Shown piece by piece: positions 19,865 through 30,481 of a DNA stretch of 64,000 nt; within the stretch, counting starts at the first letter, position 1, and each line of letters starts with the position of its first letter. The stretch comes from Nanobdellota archaeon (lineage in GTDB: Archaea; Nanobdellota; Nanobdellia; Pacearchaeales; GW2011-AR1). A program made the translations under genes and the position numbers. The notes below the pieces were generated by a model. The model was not told the DNA's origin. It was given only the letters and a program-made list of their open reading frames with translations, and searched no databases. The stretch is taken from the NCBI GenBank assembly GCA_038046005.1, contig JBBSXB010000003.1, positions 17,328 to 81,327 of the forward strand. Reading direction: 5' to 3'.

Positions 19865-22800
19865 TTATTCATATTTATTTTTTAATCCAAACGTTGTATG
19901 AATGTGCAATCCTTGTAATTCTTCAACAAGTAATTTGAACGCATATGAGATTTCAACAAATTCTATTTTCTCGCTGCTGCATATAGGGCAGGAGACTTTT
20001 TTCCTTATATTATCATCAACGGCTGTAGCGCCACATTTGACGCATATTGGCAAAACAACTTTGTCGGAGCTGTATCTTTCTTTTAACAACAAAGCCGCTC
20101 CATGCGCAACTAAAACTTGTTGCTCCATTTCTCCAAGCCTTAAAGCTCCCCCTCTTGATCTTCCTTCTATAGGCTGTCTTGTCAGCAAGGCGATTTTTCC
20201 TGAAGCTCTTCCGTGAAGCTTGTTTCCAACCATATACTTTAATTTCAAATAATAAAGATTCCCAACAAATATTTTTGACTCTATCTTTCTTCCAGTTACT
20301 CCATTATACATTGTTTCTTTTCCATCATATCTAAACCCTAAAGCTTTAAGTTGTTCTTCAAGTTCTTTTTTACTTTCTCCGGCAAAGCAAGTTCCGTCGA
20401 TAACTTTTCCCCTTAAACATCCAACCTTTCCTGCAAGCAGTTCTAAAAGATAACCAACAGTCATTCTGCTTGGAAGTCCGTGAGGATTAAAGATTACGTC
20501 TGGTTTCACTCCTCTTGCTGTGAATGGGACATCTTCTTCAGGCACTATCAGCCCAAGAACTCCTTTCTGTCCGTGGGAAGTTGCAAATTTATCACCAACT
20601 TCGGGAATTCTTTGATCCCTTGTTTTTACTTGGGCAATCTTATTTCCTTCATTATCTTCAGTAATAAAAACAGATTCTACAGTCCCCTTTTCTTCTTGTC
20701 TCATAGTCACGCTTGATTCTTTTTTTGTTCTAACGGAAATTTCTCTAGCTTCTGACAGGAATTTTGGTGGTGAGACTTTTCCAATTAAAACATCTCCCTC
20801 AGAAATTTCGGCTTCTGGATGTGTTATTCCGTCATCATCTAAAAGTCTGTAGCTTGATTCTGTCTTATATCCTGAAGAATCTTTTTCAGGAATTCCTATT
20901 TCATCTCTTAACCCTCCAGCATAATGCATTTCAACTGCTGAATATGGCCTGTAATAGAAGCTTCTTCCAACTCCCCTATCAACACTTCCTTTATTGAAAA
21001 CAAGTGCATCTTCCATATTGTAACCATCGTAAGTCATGATCGCAACAACTAAATTTTGTCCTGCGGGATAAATGTTTAAAGTGTCATAAACAAAGCTTTT
21101 AACAATTGGTTTTTGAGGGTATTGCAAAATGCTGACATCAGTGTCAATCCTACACAGATAATTTGCGGCATAAATTCCCAAAGCCTGCTTTTGTGTTTTA
21201 CTTCCTCTGTTCAGTCTGGAACTCTGATCGTGATTTGCATAAGGTACAAGGCTTGTAACAACTCCAAATACATCTAAAGGATCTATTTCGAGATGGGTGT
21301 GCTCCGACGTTATTTCTTCTTCATAAAGTGCAACTAATGTATTTTCCTCTTCAGAGGCGTCTAAATATTCAATAACTCCACTCTCAACTAAATACTGCCA
21401 ATCGATTTCTCCCTGTTCTATTCTTACAATATGCTCATTTTTTAATCTTGAAGATCCGTTGTCAACAATTATTAAAGGTCTTAAAACTCTCCCAGCTTCC
21501 GTTGATATCAAAATGGTCTGGAATTTTTCGTTATCTCTGACATTAAGCTGAACGGGAAGCTGATTGTTCCTTCTTTTTTCTCTTATTTTAGTCACAAAAT
21601 CTTTTGGATTTTCAATCGTTCCAATAAACATTCCATTTAAGAAAACATCAGTCTCTTTATTATTATTATTATCTTCTGTTCTCAATCCAAAATTTTGAAG
21701 ATCTTTTATGAATTTTTCTTCGTCAAGGTCAATTCTTGTCGAGACTCTGCTCAATATTGCGAGATTCTTTCTAAGACCAATTTCTGTTCCTTCTGGAGTT
21801 TCTATGGGGCAGAATCTTCCGTAGTGAGTTGGATGCAAAGTTCTCGCCTTAAAATTTTCTTGGTCGCTTGAAAGCATACTTGAAACTCTTTGAAGCTGTG
21901 AAATTGTTGCAAGATAATTTGTTTTGTCCATGTTCTGTGTTATTCCAGATCTTTCCCCTGTCCAACTTCCTGTTGCAATTGCTGATTCGACTCTATGCGA
22001 GAATAATGTAGACTTAGCAATTATCTTTATGGAGAAAAACTTTTTTCTCTTGGAGGATTTTTGCAGAGAGTATTGTATGTCTCTAATTAAAATTCCCAAG
22101 TTAACTCTGAATAAAGTTGCTAAAAGATCTCCAGAAAGTCTTACTCTCTTATTTGCATAATGGTCTTTGTCTGTTCTCAATTCAGGATTTTCTTTAGAAA
22201 GCAAAAATTGTTTTATTAATTTGCACAATGTAACTCCTTTCTTTATTCTGTCTTCTTTTTTCTGTCCAATGTGTGGAAATAAGTATGAGTCAATTCTTTG
22301 TTTTACTCTATCAAGAATTTCTTTTTTTGTTCCCTGTAAACTGGTTTTTTCAGCAATAAACATCATAGCATCTTCTTTGGTTGCAATATTGACAAACTCA
22401 TACAAGTTAACAATAACACTGTCTGTTTCTTTTTTTATGTATCTTGCAATGTCAGATTCTTTTATTAATCCCAAAGCTTTAAGCAAAACAATTGCAGGAA
22501 TATTTTTGAATTTACCGAATGAAACTTCAAAAAGTCCTTTTTTATCCTCTGTGATTGTTGTTGGGATTCTGTATGTTCCTTTTAATGAGAAAAGTTTTAA
22601 GACTAAATTTCCTCTTGAATCTGTTTCAACAAAAGGCTGGTTTTCAGCTAAGTCCTCAGCCATTACCATAACCCTTTCATTTCCTTTTATTAAGAAATAT
22701 CCCCCAGGGTCTAGAGGGTCAACATAATTTGCAATCATGTCATCTTTTTGCATACCCCAAGTGTTGCATATCTTGCTTCTTACCATGACTGGAATTTTCC

Positions 22801-23131
22801 CTATTTCAACTTCCTCAGAATCAACTTGTCCATCTTTTTTAACAGTCATTTCTAAATGTATTGGGGCAGCATATGTAAGATTTCTAATTCTTGCATCAGA
22901 CGGCATTACCATAGAAGAACTTCCATCGGCCTCCGTTATTACTGGTCTGCCGGTTTTTATTTTTCCCAAGGTTATTTCAAAATCATTGTTTTCTATAGTT
23001 GAAGCAATTTCGTCAACAATGTCCTGCATTCTTTTCTCTATAAAATTATTAAAAGAAATTATGTTTGACTCTACGAGTGAGTGCTTTTCAAGGTATTTTT
23101 TCACAATTAAGTGCTGTGTGTCCTTAGGCAT
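19865..23131 (-). CDS. rpoB: DNA-directed RNA polymerase subunit B (unsplit)
   Basis: 1088 aa with Rpb2-like motifs throughout (GQKGVLG..., C-terminal Zn ribbon CVKCG...CPICS). Confidence 0.95.
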   Translation of the reverse strand: MPKDTQHLIVKKYLEKHSLVESNIISFNNFIEKRMQDIVDEIASTIENNDFEITLGKIKTGRPVITEADGSSSMVMPSDARIRNLTYAAPIHLEMTVKKDGQVDSEEVEIGKIPVMVRSKICNTWGMQKDDMIANYVDPLDPGGYFLIKGNERVMVMAEDLAENQPFVETDSRGNLVLKLFSLKGTYRIPTTITEDKKGLFEVSFGKFKNIPAIVLLKALGLIKESDIARYIKKETDSVIVNLYEFVNIATKEDAMMFIAEKTSLQGTKKEILDRVKQRIDSYLFPHIGQKKEDRIKKGVTLCKLIKQFLLSKENPELRTDKDHYANKRVRLSGDLLATLFRVNLGILIRDIQYSLQKSSKRKKFFSIKIIAKSTLFSHRVESAIATGSWTGERSGITQNMDKTNYLATISQLQRVSSMLSSDQENFKARTLHPTHYGRFCPIETPEGTEIGLRKNLAILSRVSTRIDLDEEKFIKDLQNFGLRTEDNNNNKETDVFLNGMFIGTIENPKDFVTKIREKRRNNQLPVQLNVRDNEKFQTILISTEAGRVLRPLIIVDNGSSRLKNEHIVRIEQGEIDWQYLVESGVIEYLDASEEENTLVALYEEEITSEHTHLEIDPLDVFGVVTSLVPYANHDQSSRLNRGSKTQKQALGIYAANYLCRIDTDVSILQYPQKPIVKSFVYDTLNIYPAGQNLVVAIMTYDGYNMEDALVFNKGSVDRGVGRSFYYRPYSAVEMHYAGGLRDEIGIPEKDSSGYKTESSYRLLDDDGITHPEAEISEGDVLIGKVSPPKFLSEAREISVRTKKESSVTMRQEEKGTVESVFITEDNEGNKIAQVKTRDQRIPEVGDKFATSHGQKGVLGLIVPEEDVPFTARGVKPDVIFNPHGLPSRMTVGYLLELLAGKVGCLRGKVIDGTCFAGESKKELEEQLKALGFRYDGKETMYNGVTGRKIESKIFVGNLYYLKLKYMVGNKLHGRASGKIALLTRQPIEGRSRGGALRLGEMEQQVLVAHGAALLLKERYSSDKVVLPICVKCGATAVDDNIRKKVSCPICSSEKIEFVEISYAFKLLVEELQGLHIHTTFGLKNKYE

Positions 23132-23170
23132 TTTTTAAATGAATTTGATATTTATTCAGTTTATACTCAA

Positions 23171-23380
23171 CTAAACAACAACTCTGTAGTAGGATACAGT
23201 TTTTTCTTCGAACTTTCTTTCAATTTTTATCATATCTCCAACTTGGCAGCCTTCTGGCAGCCCCGGATCAGTTGAAAGAATTTTTGGAATTTGTGCTTTT
23301 GAAATATTCAGTCTTGCTGTGAATTCTGCGACTTCTTTTTCAGATAATTTCACGTGTTTTGGTTGTAGAATATGTGGCAT
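23171..23380 (-). CDS. rpoH: DNA-directed RNA polymerase subunit H (Rpb5-like)
   Basis: 69 aa (HILQPKHVKLSEKEVAEF...QIPKI...DPG...GDMIKIERKFEEKTVSYYRVV), located immediately upstream of rpoB. Confidence 0.8.
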   Translation of the reverse strand: MPHILQPKHVKLSEKEVAEFTARLNISKAQIPKILSTDPGLPEGCQVGDMIKIERKFEEKTVSYYRVVV

Positions 23381-23520
23381 GTTAGGGGCAAATGGGAAAT
23401 TTTAGCTAGTTCTCCTTGAATTTATTTAGCAACTCTAGGATAATAAAAGATAACAAAAATTGGTTTAAAAAGCTTTCTGTCTAATGGATTTTTTGAGAAA
23501 ATATCTCCTTAGTGCCAAAG

Positions 23521-24222
23521 TCATTTAGGTATGACTGCTATTCCATCAAGTATTTCCATGATGTATTGGTCATCCTTATTCAGGCCTAAAAATCCAACAA
23601 CCTGAAGAGTATCCGGATTAACTGACTTTGTTGGATAATGTATTGCATGAGGATCTCCAAATTTATCTCCATTTCTCCTGTAACCTTTAGTTAATCCGAC
23701 TTGCGGGTCAGCTTTTGTTTTCAATAATAAAGTTCTTCCATAAACATCTGGAATTTGACCTAACCAGCCTAAAAGATTTATACCAAATCTATTCCCTTCT
23801 TTAGTAGTTGACAATTCTTCCAAACATATAGCATTCTCACAAACATCATTTCCACGAATAGAAAACAAAGGGAAAAAAGCCTCCATAACAACCTCTTTTT
23901 TACTTCTAGGAAAAACTCTTTCTGGCTTTATTCTAAATTGATATTCTTCTGGAACAATTAATTCTTGCGCAGAATAAAGTGAAGTGTCTCCTGTTCCATC
24001 TCCCGAAACAAAAGCAATTACACTCATTATTTTTGCTGGTCCTTTACGAATATTTACTTTAATCTCAGCTCTAGCAGTATATGCTTTTTTTTGGATAAAA
24101 GTAAACTGAGATGGATCAAAAAACTGTAAATCATTTCCAAAAAGTCCTTGATACGTTCCACAAGCGTTTGGAAGCTCGTTTTCTGCAAGTTTTAAACACT
24201 TAACTAATTTTGATTTTTCCAT
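23521..24222 (-). CDS. hypothetical protein (233 aa)
   Basis: Intact ORF; no motif recognised. Confidence 0.4.
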   Translation of the reverse strand: MEKSKLVKCLKLAENELPNACGTYQGLFGNDLQFFDPSQFTFIQKKAYTARAEIKVNIRKGPAKIMSVIAFVSGDGTGDTSLYSAQELIVPEEYQFRIKPERVFPRSKKEVVMEAFFPLFSIRGNDVCENAICLEELSTTKEGNRFGINLLGWLGQIPDVYGRTLLLKTKADPQVGLTKGYRRNGDKFGDPHAIHYPTKSVNPDTLQVVGFLGLNKDDQYIMEILDGIAVIPK

Positions 24223-24253
24223 AGATTTAATATAAACTAATTATATTTAAGGA

Positions 24254-24814
24254 TTATTGTACTTCCTTATATCTAAAACAAGAAGTTATATGGTCATTTA
24301 CCATTCCAGCAGCCTGCATAAAAGCATAGCAAATAGTGCTTCCAACAAACTTAAAACCTCTTTCTTTCAAATTTTTACTCATTTCATCAGACTCTTTTGA
24401 GGTTGCAGGTAATTCTCTAGTTGTTTTGAACTTATGTTTTATTGTTTTGTGTTTTGTGAACTGCCATATATATTTGTCGAAACTCCCAAATTCTTTCTTG
24501 ATTTCCAAGAATTTTTGAGCATTTGTTATTGTTGCTGTGATTTTCTGTCTGTTTCTTATAATGTTAGCATCATTCAGAAGCCTATTCATGTCTTTTTCAC
24601 CATATTTTGAAACTTTTACAGGGTCAAAATTACTAAATGCTTTTTCAAAACCCCTCCTTTTTTTAAGGACAATTTCCCAACTCAATCCCGCCTGGAATGC
24701 GTCCAGGACTAAAAATTCAAAGAGTTTTCTATCATCATAAAGCGGAACTCCCCATTCTTTGTCATGATAGTCAATCATCAATTGATTTTGGCCAGGCCAT
24801 TCACATCTTTTCAT
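24254..24814 (-). CDS. tag: DNA-3-methyladenine glycosylase I
   Basis: Strong colinear similarity to Tag (YHDKEWGVP..., LDAFQAGLSWEIVLKKR, GFKFVGSTICYAFMQAAGMVNDH). Start placed at MKRCEW; the alternative ATG at 24844 would overlap the neighbouring ORF. Confidence 0.8.
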   Translation of the reverse strand: MKRCEWPGQNQLMIDYHDKEWGVPLYDDRKLFEFLVLDAFQAGLSWEIVLKKRRGFEKAFSNFDPVKVSKYGEKDMNRLLNDANIIRNRQKITATITNAQKFLEIKKEFGSFDKYIWQFTKHKTIKHKFKTTRELPATSKESDEMSKNLKERGFKFVGSTICYAFMQAAGMVNDHITSCFRYKEVQ

Positions 24815-24821
24815 TTTGATT

Positions 24822-25379
24822 TTAGACAATTTTTCTTTCTCCAATAAAATTGACTTTAGAAGGATTGTGAACTACCCAAGAATCATGAATCTTACGATAT
24901 TTTCCTTCTCCCCCTTCAAGTGCAAGTAGCCCATCATACCCTAGAGATTCTATATGTCTAGAAAAAATATCTCCATGGCTAAATGTTATTTCTTTAATTC
25001 CAGATTTAATATATTTCTTATTTCTTATATCTTCAATAGCTTTTTTTGTTGATGCTACAACATACCATTTTTTAGCATGTTTTAATTTGTCGGTTAAAAC
25101 TTCTAAAAAGCTAGCCATTACTATATCCAGAGTCTTTATTTCTCTAAAATCTAAAAAATTTAATCCATCCACACTTACAGAATAAACAACTGGCGTTTTT
25201 GTATTTTGTGATCTAAGTTTGGCATAACCCTCAGCAGATTCTATATCAGAAGTAAGGTAGATGCCCTCTCCAATAGTGTCATCATATGCCTTTCTAAACA
25301 CTCTAATTCCCAATTCTCCTGAGCCATGATATAGGGGTTCTATTCCTCTTACGATTGAAACCAAATTATTTTTTAACAT
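24822..25379 (-). CDS. hypothetical protein (about 185 aa)
   Basis: Intact ORF. The track start at 25415 would overlap tRNA-Lys, so an internal Met (about 25379-25391) is the more likely start. Confidence 0.35.
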   Translation of the reverse strand: MLKNNLVSIVRGIEPLYHGSGELGIRVFRKAYDDTIGEGIYLTSDIESAEGYAKLRSQNTKTPVVYSVSVDGLNFLDFREIKTLDIVMASFLEVLTDKLKHAKKWYVVASTKKAIEDIRNKKYIKSGIKEITFSHGDIFSRHIESLGYDGLLALEGGEGKYRKIHDSWVVHNPSKVNFIGERKIV

Positions 25380-25390
25380 ATTCAAAAACA

Positions 25391-25464
25391 TGGCCCCGAT
25401 GGGATTTGAACCCACGACACCCGGATTAAAAGTCCGGTGCTCTACCAGGCTGAGCTACGGAGCC
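25391..25464 (-). tRNA. tRNA-Lys (anticodon UUU), CCA not encoded
   Basis: Reverse complement GGCTCCGTAGCTCAGCCTGGTAGAGCACCGGACTTTTAATCCGGGTGTCGTGGGTTCAAATCCCATCGGGGCCA folds as a cloverleaf: 7-bp acceptor stem with one G-U pair, D arm, CCGGA/TCCGG anticodon stem with loop CUUUUAA, T arm GTGGG/CCCAT with TTCAAAT loop. Confidence 0.85.
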
Positions 25465-25529
25465 GTCTAAATTAAGGATTAAAAATAGTTTATAAAAGTA
25501 TTTATAATTCCTTTTTATAAACAGATCAT

Positions 25530-25793
25530 ATGGCCGAAAGTTTAGTAGATTATCACACATATAGAAGAAAGAGGAGAGGATTATTGACAAAAAAAGGATT
25601 CGATTTAGTTGCTAATACAAACCCAAATAATGATCAATATAGAAGATCGCAAGAAGAATTATCAGAATTGAACTTCGTAGATTTGTCCGAAGAAGTTATT
25701 TCTCTTTATACAAAAATTTCAATCGCATTTCCAAATGAGGCTAAAATATGGAAATTGGAGCAACTTTGCCTAATGTCTAAAACACTAGGATGA
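25530..25793 (+). CDS. hypothetical protein (87 aa)
   Basis: Intact ORF; no motif. Confidence 0.3.
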   Translation: MAESLVDYHTYRRKRRGLLTKKGFDLVANTNPNNDQYRRSQEELSELNFVDLSEEVISLYTKISIAFPNEAKIWKLEQLCLMSKTLG

Positions 25794-25795
25794 TC

Positions 25796-26140
25796 TTATA
25801 AGAAATGTTTTAATTCGTCCTCAAAGTCTTCCTCAGATCGTGAACCTACAAACTGTTTAGAGACTTTTCCATCTTTGAAAAGGACGAAGTTAGGAATTGA
25901 CCTCACACTGAATTTGTTGGCGAGTATCTGATTATCTTCAATGTTAACTTTGCCGAATTTTATTTTTCCCTTAAATTTGTCATTAAGCTCTTCAATAACA
26001 GGAACCATCATAACACAAGGCATACACCAATCTGCGAAAAAATCAACAAGCACAGTTCCACTTTTTATAAATTTTTCAAATTCTCCGTTAGTCAGTTCAG
26101 GAATCTCATGATTTTTAGCCATTTTAATATCCATATACAT
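25796..26140 (-). CDS. trxA: thioredoxin
   Basis: WCMPC active site inside a thioredoxin-fold sequence (VLVDFFADWCMPC...IPNFVLFKDGK). Confidence 0.8.
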   Translation of the reverse strand: MYMDIKMAKNHEIPELTNGEFEKFIKSGTVLVDFFADWCMPCVMMVPVIEELNDKFKGKIKFGKVNIEDNQILANKFSVRSIPNFVLFKDGKVSKQFVGSRSEEDFEDELKHFL

Positions 26141-26178
26141 GTTCTAAGAAAGACCTATATTTATAAAAGTTTTGGGGA

Positions 26179-26886
26179 TTATCTTAATATCTTTTTTAAT
26201 GGGCCAAGCGCACTTCTTGACCACGCTTCAACTTCAACGCCGTTTTGTGCACAGAGTTTTTCCAAGTCACTTATTGAAAAAGGCTTTATCCATGCAATTT
26301 CTTTGTCTTTAGGTAAAACAAGTTTCGCATTAGTTTTTATTAAATAGAGCATCCCAAAATGAACTTGGTGTACGTCATGATCATGATATATGTATCCTAA
26401 CAACTCTTCCCCTAAAATTTCTCCCCTTACATCAACTTCTTCTGAAATTTCTCGCCTCATACTTTCTCTAATAGGATTTTTAACACCATCTTTAGGTTCT
26501 ACATGCCCTCCAAAACCCCAACTTACTTTTCCTTGAAGTCGGTCTTCGGAATAATTCTGTTTTTCACTGGATCTTTGATATCCAAAAATTCTTCCAGTTT
26601 CAGGATTAGCAATAATAACATAAGCAATAGGCTGTTTGTAATTTGGATTTCTTTCAGCATTGCCATTTGGATAATCTGCAGGCTCACTCGTGCTTCCTCT
26701 TCTCATAACGCTCATATTTTGTAAGATTCTGGATTCGTAATCAAGGCTCTTTGCAGGTCTGAATCCTTCAAAAAAATCTTTTCCATTATCAAACAGAATA
26801 TCTTTGTTAACAACAATTATCTTCTGATCTGCTTTTGACATTCTTAATTTAATGATTTTTGTTTTATAAAGAAATTTGTTATGCAA
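26179..26886 (-). CDS. Nudix hydrolase domain protein
   Basis: Nudix box GGHVEPKDGVKNPIRESMRREISEEV (Gx5Ex7REUxEExGU) in the C-terminal half of the 235-aa ORF. Confidence 0.7.
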   Translation of the reverse strand: MHNKFLYKTKIIKLRMSKADQKIIVVNKDILFDNGKDFFEGFRPAKSLDYESRILQNMSVMRRGSTSEPADYPNGNAERNPNYKQPIAYVIIANPETGRIFGYQRSSEKQNYSEDRLQGKVSWGFGGHVEPKDGVKNPIRESMRREISEEVDVRGEILGEELLGYIYHDHDVHQVHFGMLYLIKTNAKLVLPKDKEIAWIKPFSISDLEKLCAQNGVEVEAWSRSALGPLKKILR

Positions 26887-26901
26887 AATATATTTCTATT
26901 T

Positions 26902-29900
26902 TTAACATTTATTATAAGTACAACCGCTGCATTTAACACATCCTTCTTCATGAATTAATCTTCCAGAACAATTTGGGGTGGGGCACTTTTCTGAGTAAGC
27001 CCTCTTTTTGTTACCATTTGTTTCTTGAGGTTTATTCTTGTCTAAATTTAAATGTTCAATTTCCTCTGGAAGTCTTCTTGTTTCATAATTATCCTTTCCT
27101 TTTCTTAAATAGTCGGAAGCTTCTCTATCTGCGTGATCATAGTCAATCTCTCCAAGAAGTATAGATCTTATTCCAAATAATTCCTTCATAGCATTAAACT
27201 TCATTATGGCTCGTGCAAATCCCATAGGTAGAGATTCAACCGCCCCCCCTCTTGTTGCAAGTGCAACTCCAGATCCAATATCTTTAAGCTGGGCAATTAT
27301 TTCATCGGCAGGCAGATGGTTTCTCAAGAACAAAGAAGTCAATCTTCCAAATCCTTCCATTGTTGCAGTTTCTTCTTTTCCCGAGTTTCCAAGTTGGGCA
27401 AAAACTTCAACAGGGGCAAAATTTCTGTGGGGATCAACAATAACTTCCATATGTATATTTCCATACGGTGTTTCTTGTCTAATTTTTACTGCAGGCATTA
27501 CTGGGGGGACCTTTATAGGCTCTCTTCTGATAATTTCCACTTTATCTTCAAGACTTTTTCCCTTGTCTCCATCATAATTAACCCCTTTTACTTTGAGGGG
27601 TTGATCTTTTCTTGTTCCGTCTCTGTAAAAAGTTACACCTTTAATCCCAAGCTCATGAGCTAATAAGAACGCTCTCTCAACATCTTCAAGAGTCGCATTG
27701 TGCCTGAAGTTTGTTGTTTTGCTTATTGCATCGTCAACATGTCTTTGCACAACAGCTTCCATCTTTAAATGGTCCTCCGGAATTATGTCATAAGATGTTA
27801 CAAATATCTTTTTTATTCTGCCAAGATTTCTTTGTCTTGATTTAAATGAATCTTCACTTTCTCCCCCTTGTCTTGTAATCTCATATCCTTGAAGAGACCC
27901 ACCAGATAGAGCTACACTTTGAGCACTATCGATAAATCTGTGTAATTTGTCTTTGTTATCTTCTTTGAAAAAGAAAGGATATTTCTCAAGTTTTTCATTT
28001 AAAACAGAATTGAATATGTCAATTTTTGTTCCTTGAACTGTAGTTCTTTCATATGCCAAGGCATATTCAGGTTCCATCCCTCCAGTGGTTTGTGCGACAG
28101 TTCCTGTTGTTCCAGTAGGTGCAAGAGTCCTAACAATGGCGTTTCTTTTTGGTCTTCCATGCCTATGATGACTATATTTGAAATTGGGAAATGCGCCGAA
28201 TTTTTCCGCTTTTCTGAAAGATGCTTCATCACTTTCCTTTTCCCAGAATGTGAGAAGTTCATCAACAAAATCTCTCCCCTCTTTAGAATCATAAGGAATT
28301 TCTAATCTGTAAAGCATATTTGCTAATCCCATAAATCCCAACCCAATTTTTCTGTTGCTCTTCTGGGTTTGTTCAATCTCAGGAGCCGTAAACTCATTTT
28401 GGTCTATTGCATTATCCAATATTTCGTACATTAAGTTAATATCTTTTGCAAATTTTTGTTCGTCAACTAAGTATCCTGATGGGGCATTTTGATCTTTTAC
28501 TAAAATTTTTTCTAAATTTATATGCCCTAAAACACAAGCCTCATAAGGAAGTAATGGTTTTTCTCCGCAAGGGTTTGTCGCTCTTATAACTCCGACTCCA
28601 ATTGGTACATTTGCTAATTTTCCCTCATAATCTCTTTCCCAAACATGCTCTCTAACTAACTCCTCTAATGGTGCGTCTGGGCTTTTTGTTCTAAGTTTGT
28701 CAACAGTAGTTTTTGCTTCTTCATCAGCTTGTTCAATAAGATATTTGGCGTAATGATCTGGGTGTGTTGGATTATGGTCATTAATGTGTCCTGTAAAAAT
28801 TGCACCGGGTTCTCCATTGAACCACGCTCCGAATGCAAGATGTCTTAAAACTTTTTTAGCATCTAGGTAAACAAAATTATTTTCTCCAACTTTTCCAATA
28901 ATTCTGTCCGACTCATCTAACCCCTCAGGAACCCACGGACTTAGTACATCCACACCATTTTCTCCTATTTCCAAAGATGCAATCTGTTTTTTGTTTGTTT
29001 TTGTGATGTCTATGGCTTGTTTCAATTGATCTCCAGTATAAAATTCTTTGATGTGCGGTCTTCTGCTTGGATTATAATGTGTATTTCTTAATTTGTAGAA
29101 TCTTCCTTCTCCATCGTTTTTTGCTGCTTCAACAAAATCATGGTCAATAGCAACAGAAATATTTGCGGCAGAAATCTCCCCATCTTGTCTTTTTGAATAT
29201 AGAAATCTCATAATGTCCGGATGATTCCAATCAAGCATGAACATATTTGCTCCATCTCTCTTTCCTCCCTGATTCATTGTTTTTCCAAGCACCTGTCCTA
29301 CCATCTTCATGAAAGATATAGGGCCGTCGGTGATTCCTCCTGTTGAATGAACTGCCTCATTTGCGGGTCTTAATTCAAAGTTAAATCCAGTTCCTCCAAC
29401 TTCTGCTTGGATATCTGCAGCCATCTTTAGCGTTTTGAAAATTGAATCTCTTGAGTCATACATAGGAAGCACGAAGCATGCAAATAGCTGTTCTCTTATT
29501 CTTTTCTCTAAGCCTAAATCATTTGTAATCCGCTGAGAAACATTCTGCCCTTCAAGAGATTTCTCAATCTGACTTGAGATAAGTGTGTGGCCCCCATTTG
29601 CCATGTAAGGAGTATTTGGGAAGACCTCTTTATTGATCATCTTGTAAAAAACTTCTTGTGTTGTTTGATCCAAATTCACAGAAGGATCGTTTTGTTTAAG
29701 CCCTTGAGCAACATTTAACGCTACCCTATAAAAAATAACTTCTGGGGTTTCTCCAAATCTTTTGGTCTCAGGAGATTTTCTTCCCCATTTGTCTAAAACT
29801 ATCTTATTATAATTTCTGTCTATTGTTGGGTCACTCATTGATTTGTATACTTCGTTAGCAACATACCTCGGAAGACCTCTCAATCTTCCCACCAAAACGT

Positions 29901-30024
29901 CATGGTCATAGAGTTTTACTTTTTCTGTTTTTTCATCTCTCTTAATTTCAACTTCAAAGTTTGCAACTAAAGGTGAAATTTTATCATAAACACTTTGTTG
30001 ACTTTGTGAGTATGTTTCTCCCAT
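26902..30024 (-). CDS. nrdJ: class II (adenosylcobalamin-dependent) ribonucleotide reductase
   Basis: Active-site NPCGE (TNPCGEKPLLPYEACVLGHINL) and a class II-type C-terminal Zn ribbon (CPTPNCSGRL...CVKCSGCTYNKC); 1040 aa with no intein blocks seen. Confidence 0.9.
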   Translation of the reverse strand: MGETYSQSQQSVYDKISPLVANFEVEIKRDEKTEKVKLYDHDVLVGRLRGLPRYVANEVYKSMSDPTIDRNYNKIVLDKWGRKSPETKRFGETPEVIFYRVALNVAQGLKQNDPSVNLDQTTQEVFYKMINKEVFPNTPYMANGGHTLISSQIEKSLEGQNVSQRITNDLGLEKRIREQLFACFVLPMYDSRDSIFKTLKMAADIQAEVGGTGFNFELRPANEAVHSTGGITDGPISFMKMVGQVLGKTMNQGGKRDGANMFMLDWNHPDIMRFLYSKRQDGEISAANISVAIDHDFVEAAKNDGEGRFYKLRNTHYNPSRRPHIKEFYTGDQLKQAIDITKTNKKQIASLEIGENGVDVLSPWVPEGLDESDRIIGKVGENNFVYLDAKKVLRHLAFGAWFNGEPGAIFTGHINDHNPTHPDHYAKYLIEQADEEAKTTVDKLRTKSPDAPLEELVREHVWERDYEGKLANVPIGVGVIRATNPCGEKPLLPYEACVLGHINLEKILVKDQNAPSGYLVDEQKFAKDINLMYEILDNAIDQNEFTAPEIEQTQKSNRKIGLGFMGLANMLYRLEIPYDSKEGRDFVDELLTFWEKESDEASFRKAEKFGAFPNFKYSHHRHGRPKRNAIVRTLAPTGTTGTVAQTTGGMEPEYALAYERTTVQGTKIDIFNSVLNEKLEKYPFFFKEDNKDKLHRFIDSAQSVALSGGSLQGYEITRQGGESEDSFKSRQRNLGRIKKIFVTSYDIIPEDHLKMEAVVQRHVDDAISKTTNFRHNATLEDVERAFLLAHELGIKGVTFYRDGTRKDQPLKVKGVNYDGDKGKSLEDKVEIIRREPIKVPPVMPAVKIRQETPYGNIHMEVIVDPHRNFAPVEVFAQLGNSGKEETATMEGFGRLTSLFLRNHLPADEIIAQLKDIGSGVALATRGGAVESLPMGFARAIMKFNAMKELFGIRSILLGEIDYDHADREASDYLRKGKDNYETRRLPEEIEHLNLDKNKPQETNGNKKRAYSEKCPTPNCSGRLIHEEGCVKCSGCTYNKC

Positions 30025-30461
30025 TACAGCTCCTTTATCTCTCGTTTAAAATCATTTATATCCTTGAAGTCTCTATAAACAGAAGCGAATCTTATGTACG
30101 CAACATTGTCTAATTTTTTTATTTTTTTCATTACAATCTCCCCTATAACAGAACTCTGCACCTCTTTTTTCCCCCTCTTTCTCATTTGTTCTTCAATTTC
30201 GTTTATCATTTTTTCAATTTCCTCTTTTGGCACGGGCCTTTTCTCAAAGGCTCTATGAATTCCGGTCTCGAGTTTTTCCCTCTCAAATCTTTCTCGTCGA
30301 CCATCTTTCTTTACCACATAAAAGTCACCTTTAGTTATTTTTTCGTAAGTTGTGAATCTTTTTCCGCATTTCAGGCATTCCCTTCTCCTCCTTGTTCCCT
30401 CAGGCGAGTCTCTCTTATCTGTAACTTTTGAATCTGAATGTGAGCAGTATGGGCAAATCAT
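30024..30461 (-). CDS. nrdR: transcriptional repressor NrdR (Zn ribbon plus ATP-cone)
   Basis: MICPYCSHSDSKVTDKRDSPEGTRRRRECLKCGKRFTTYEKI is the canonical NrdR N-terminus. Start placed at MICPYC; the stop overlaps the nrdJ start as TAATG. Confidence 0.85.
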   Translation of the reverse strand: MICPYCSHSDSKVTDKRDSPEGTRRRRECLKCGKRFTTYEKITKGDFYVVKKDGRRERFEREKLETGIHRAFEKRPVPKEEIEKMINEIEEQMRKRGKKEVQSSVIGEIVMKKIKKLDNVAYIRFASVYRDFKDINDFKREIKEL

Positions 30462-30481
30462 GTTTTTTGTAACATACAGTC

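Noticed and set aside
16502-23138. Numerous 60-190-aa plus-strand ORFs inside rpoA and rpoB (e.g. 22167..22727, 22737..23138)
   Set aside because: They are antisense to long, strongly supported RNAP genes and have low-complexity, Ser/Phe/Leu-rich translations; they are shadow ORFs.
26902-30024. Possible intein in the 1040-aa RNR (or in RpoA, RpoB or EF-2)
   Set aside because: No intein splice-junction blocks (C/S...HN followed by C/S/T) or homing-endonuclease motifs were seen. The gene lengths fall within the range of intein-free homologs.
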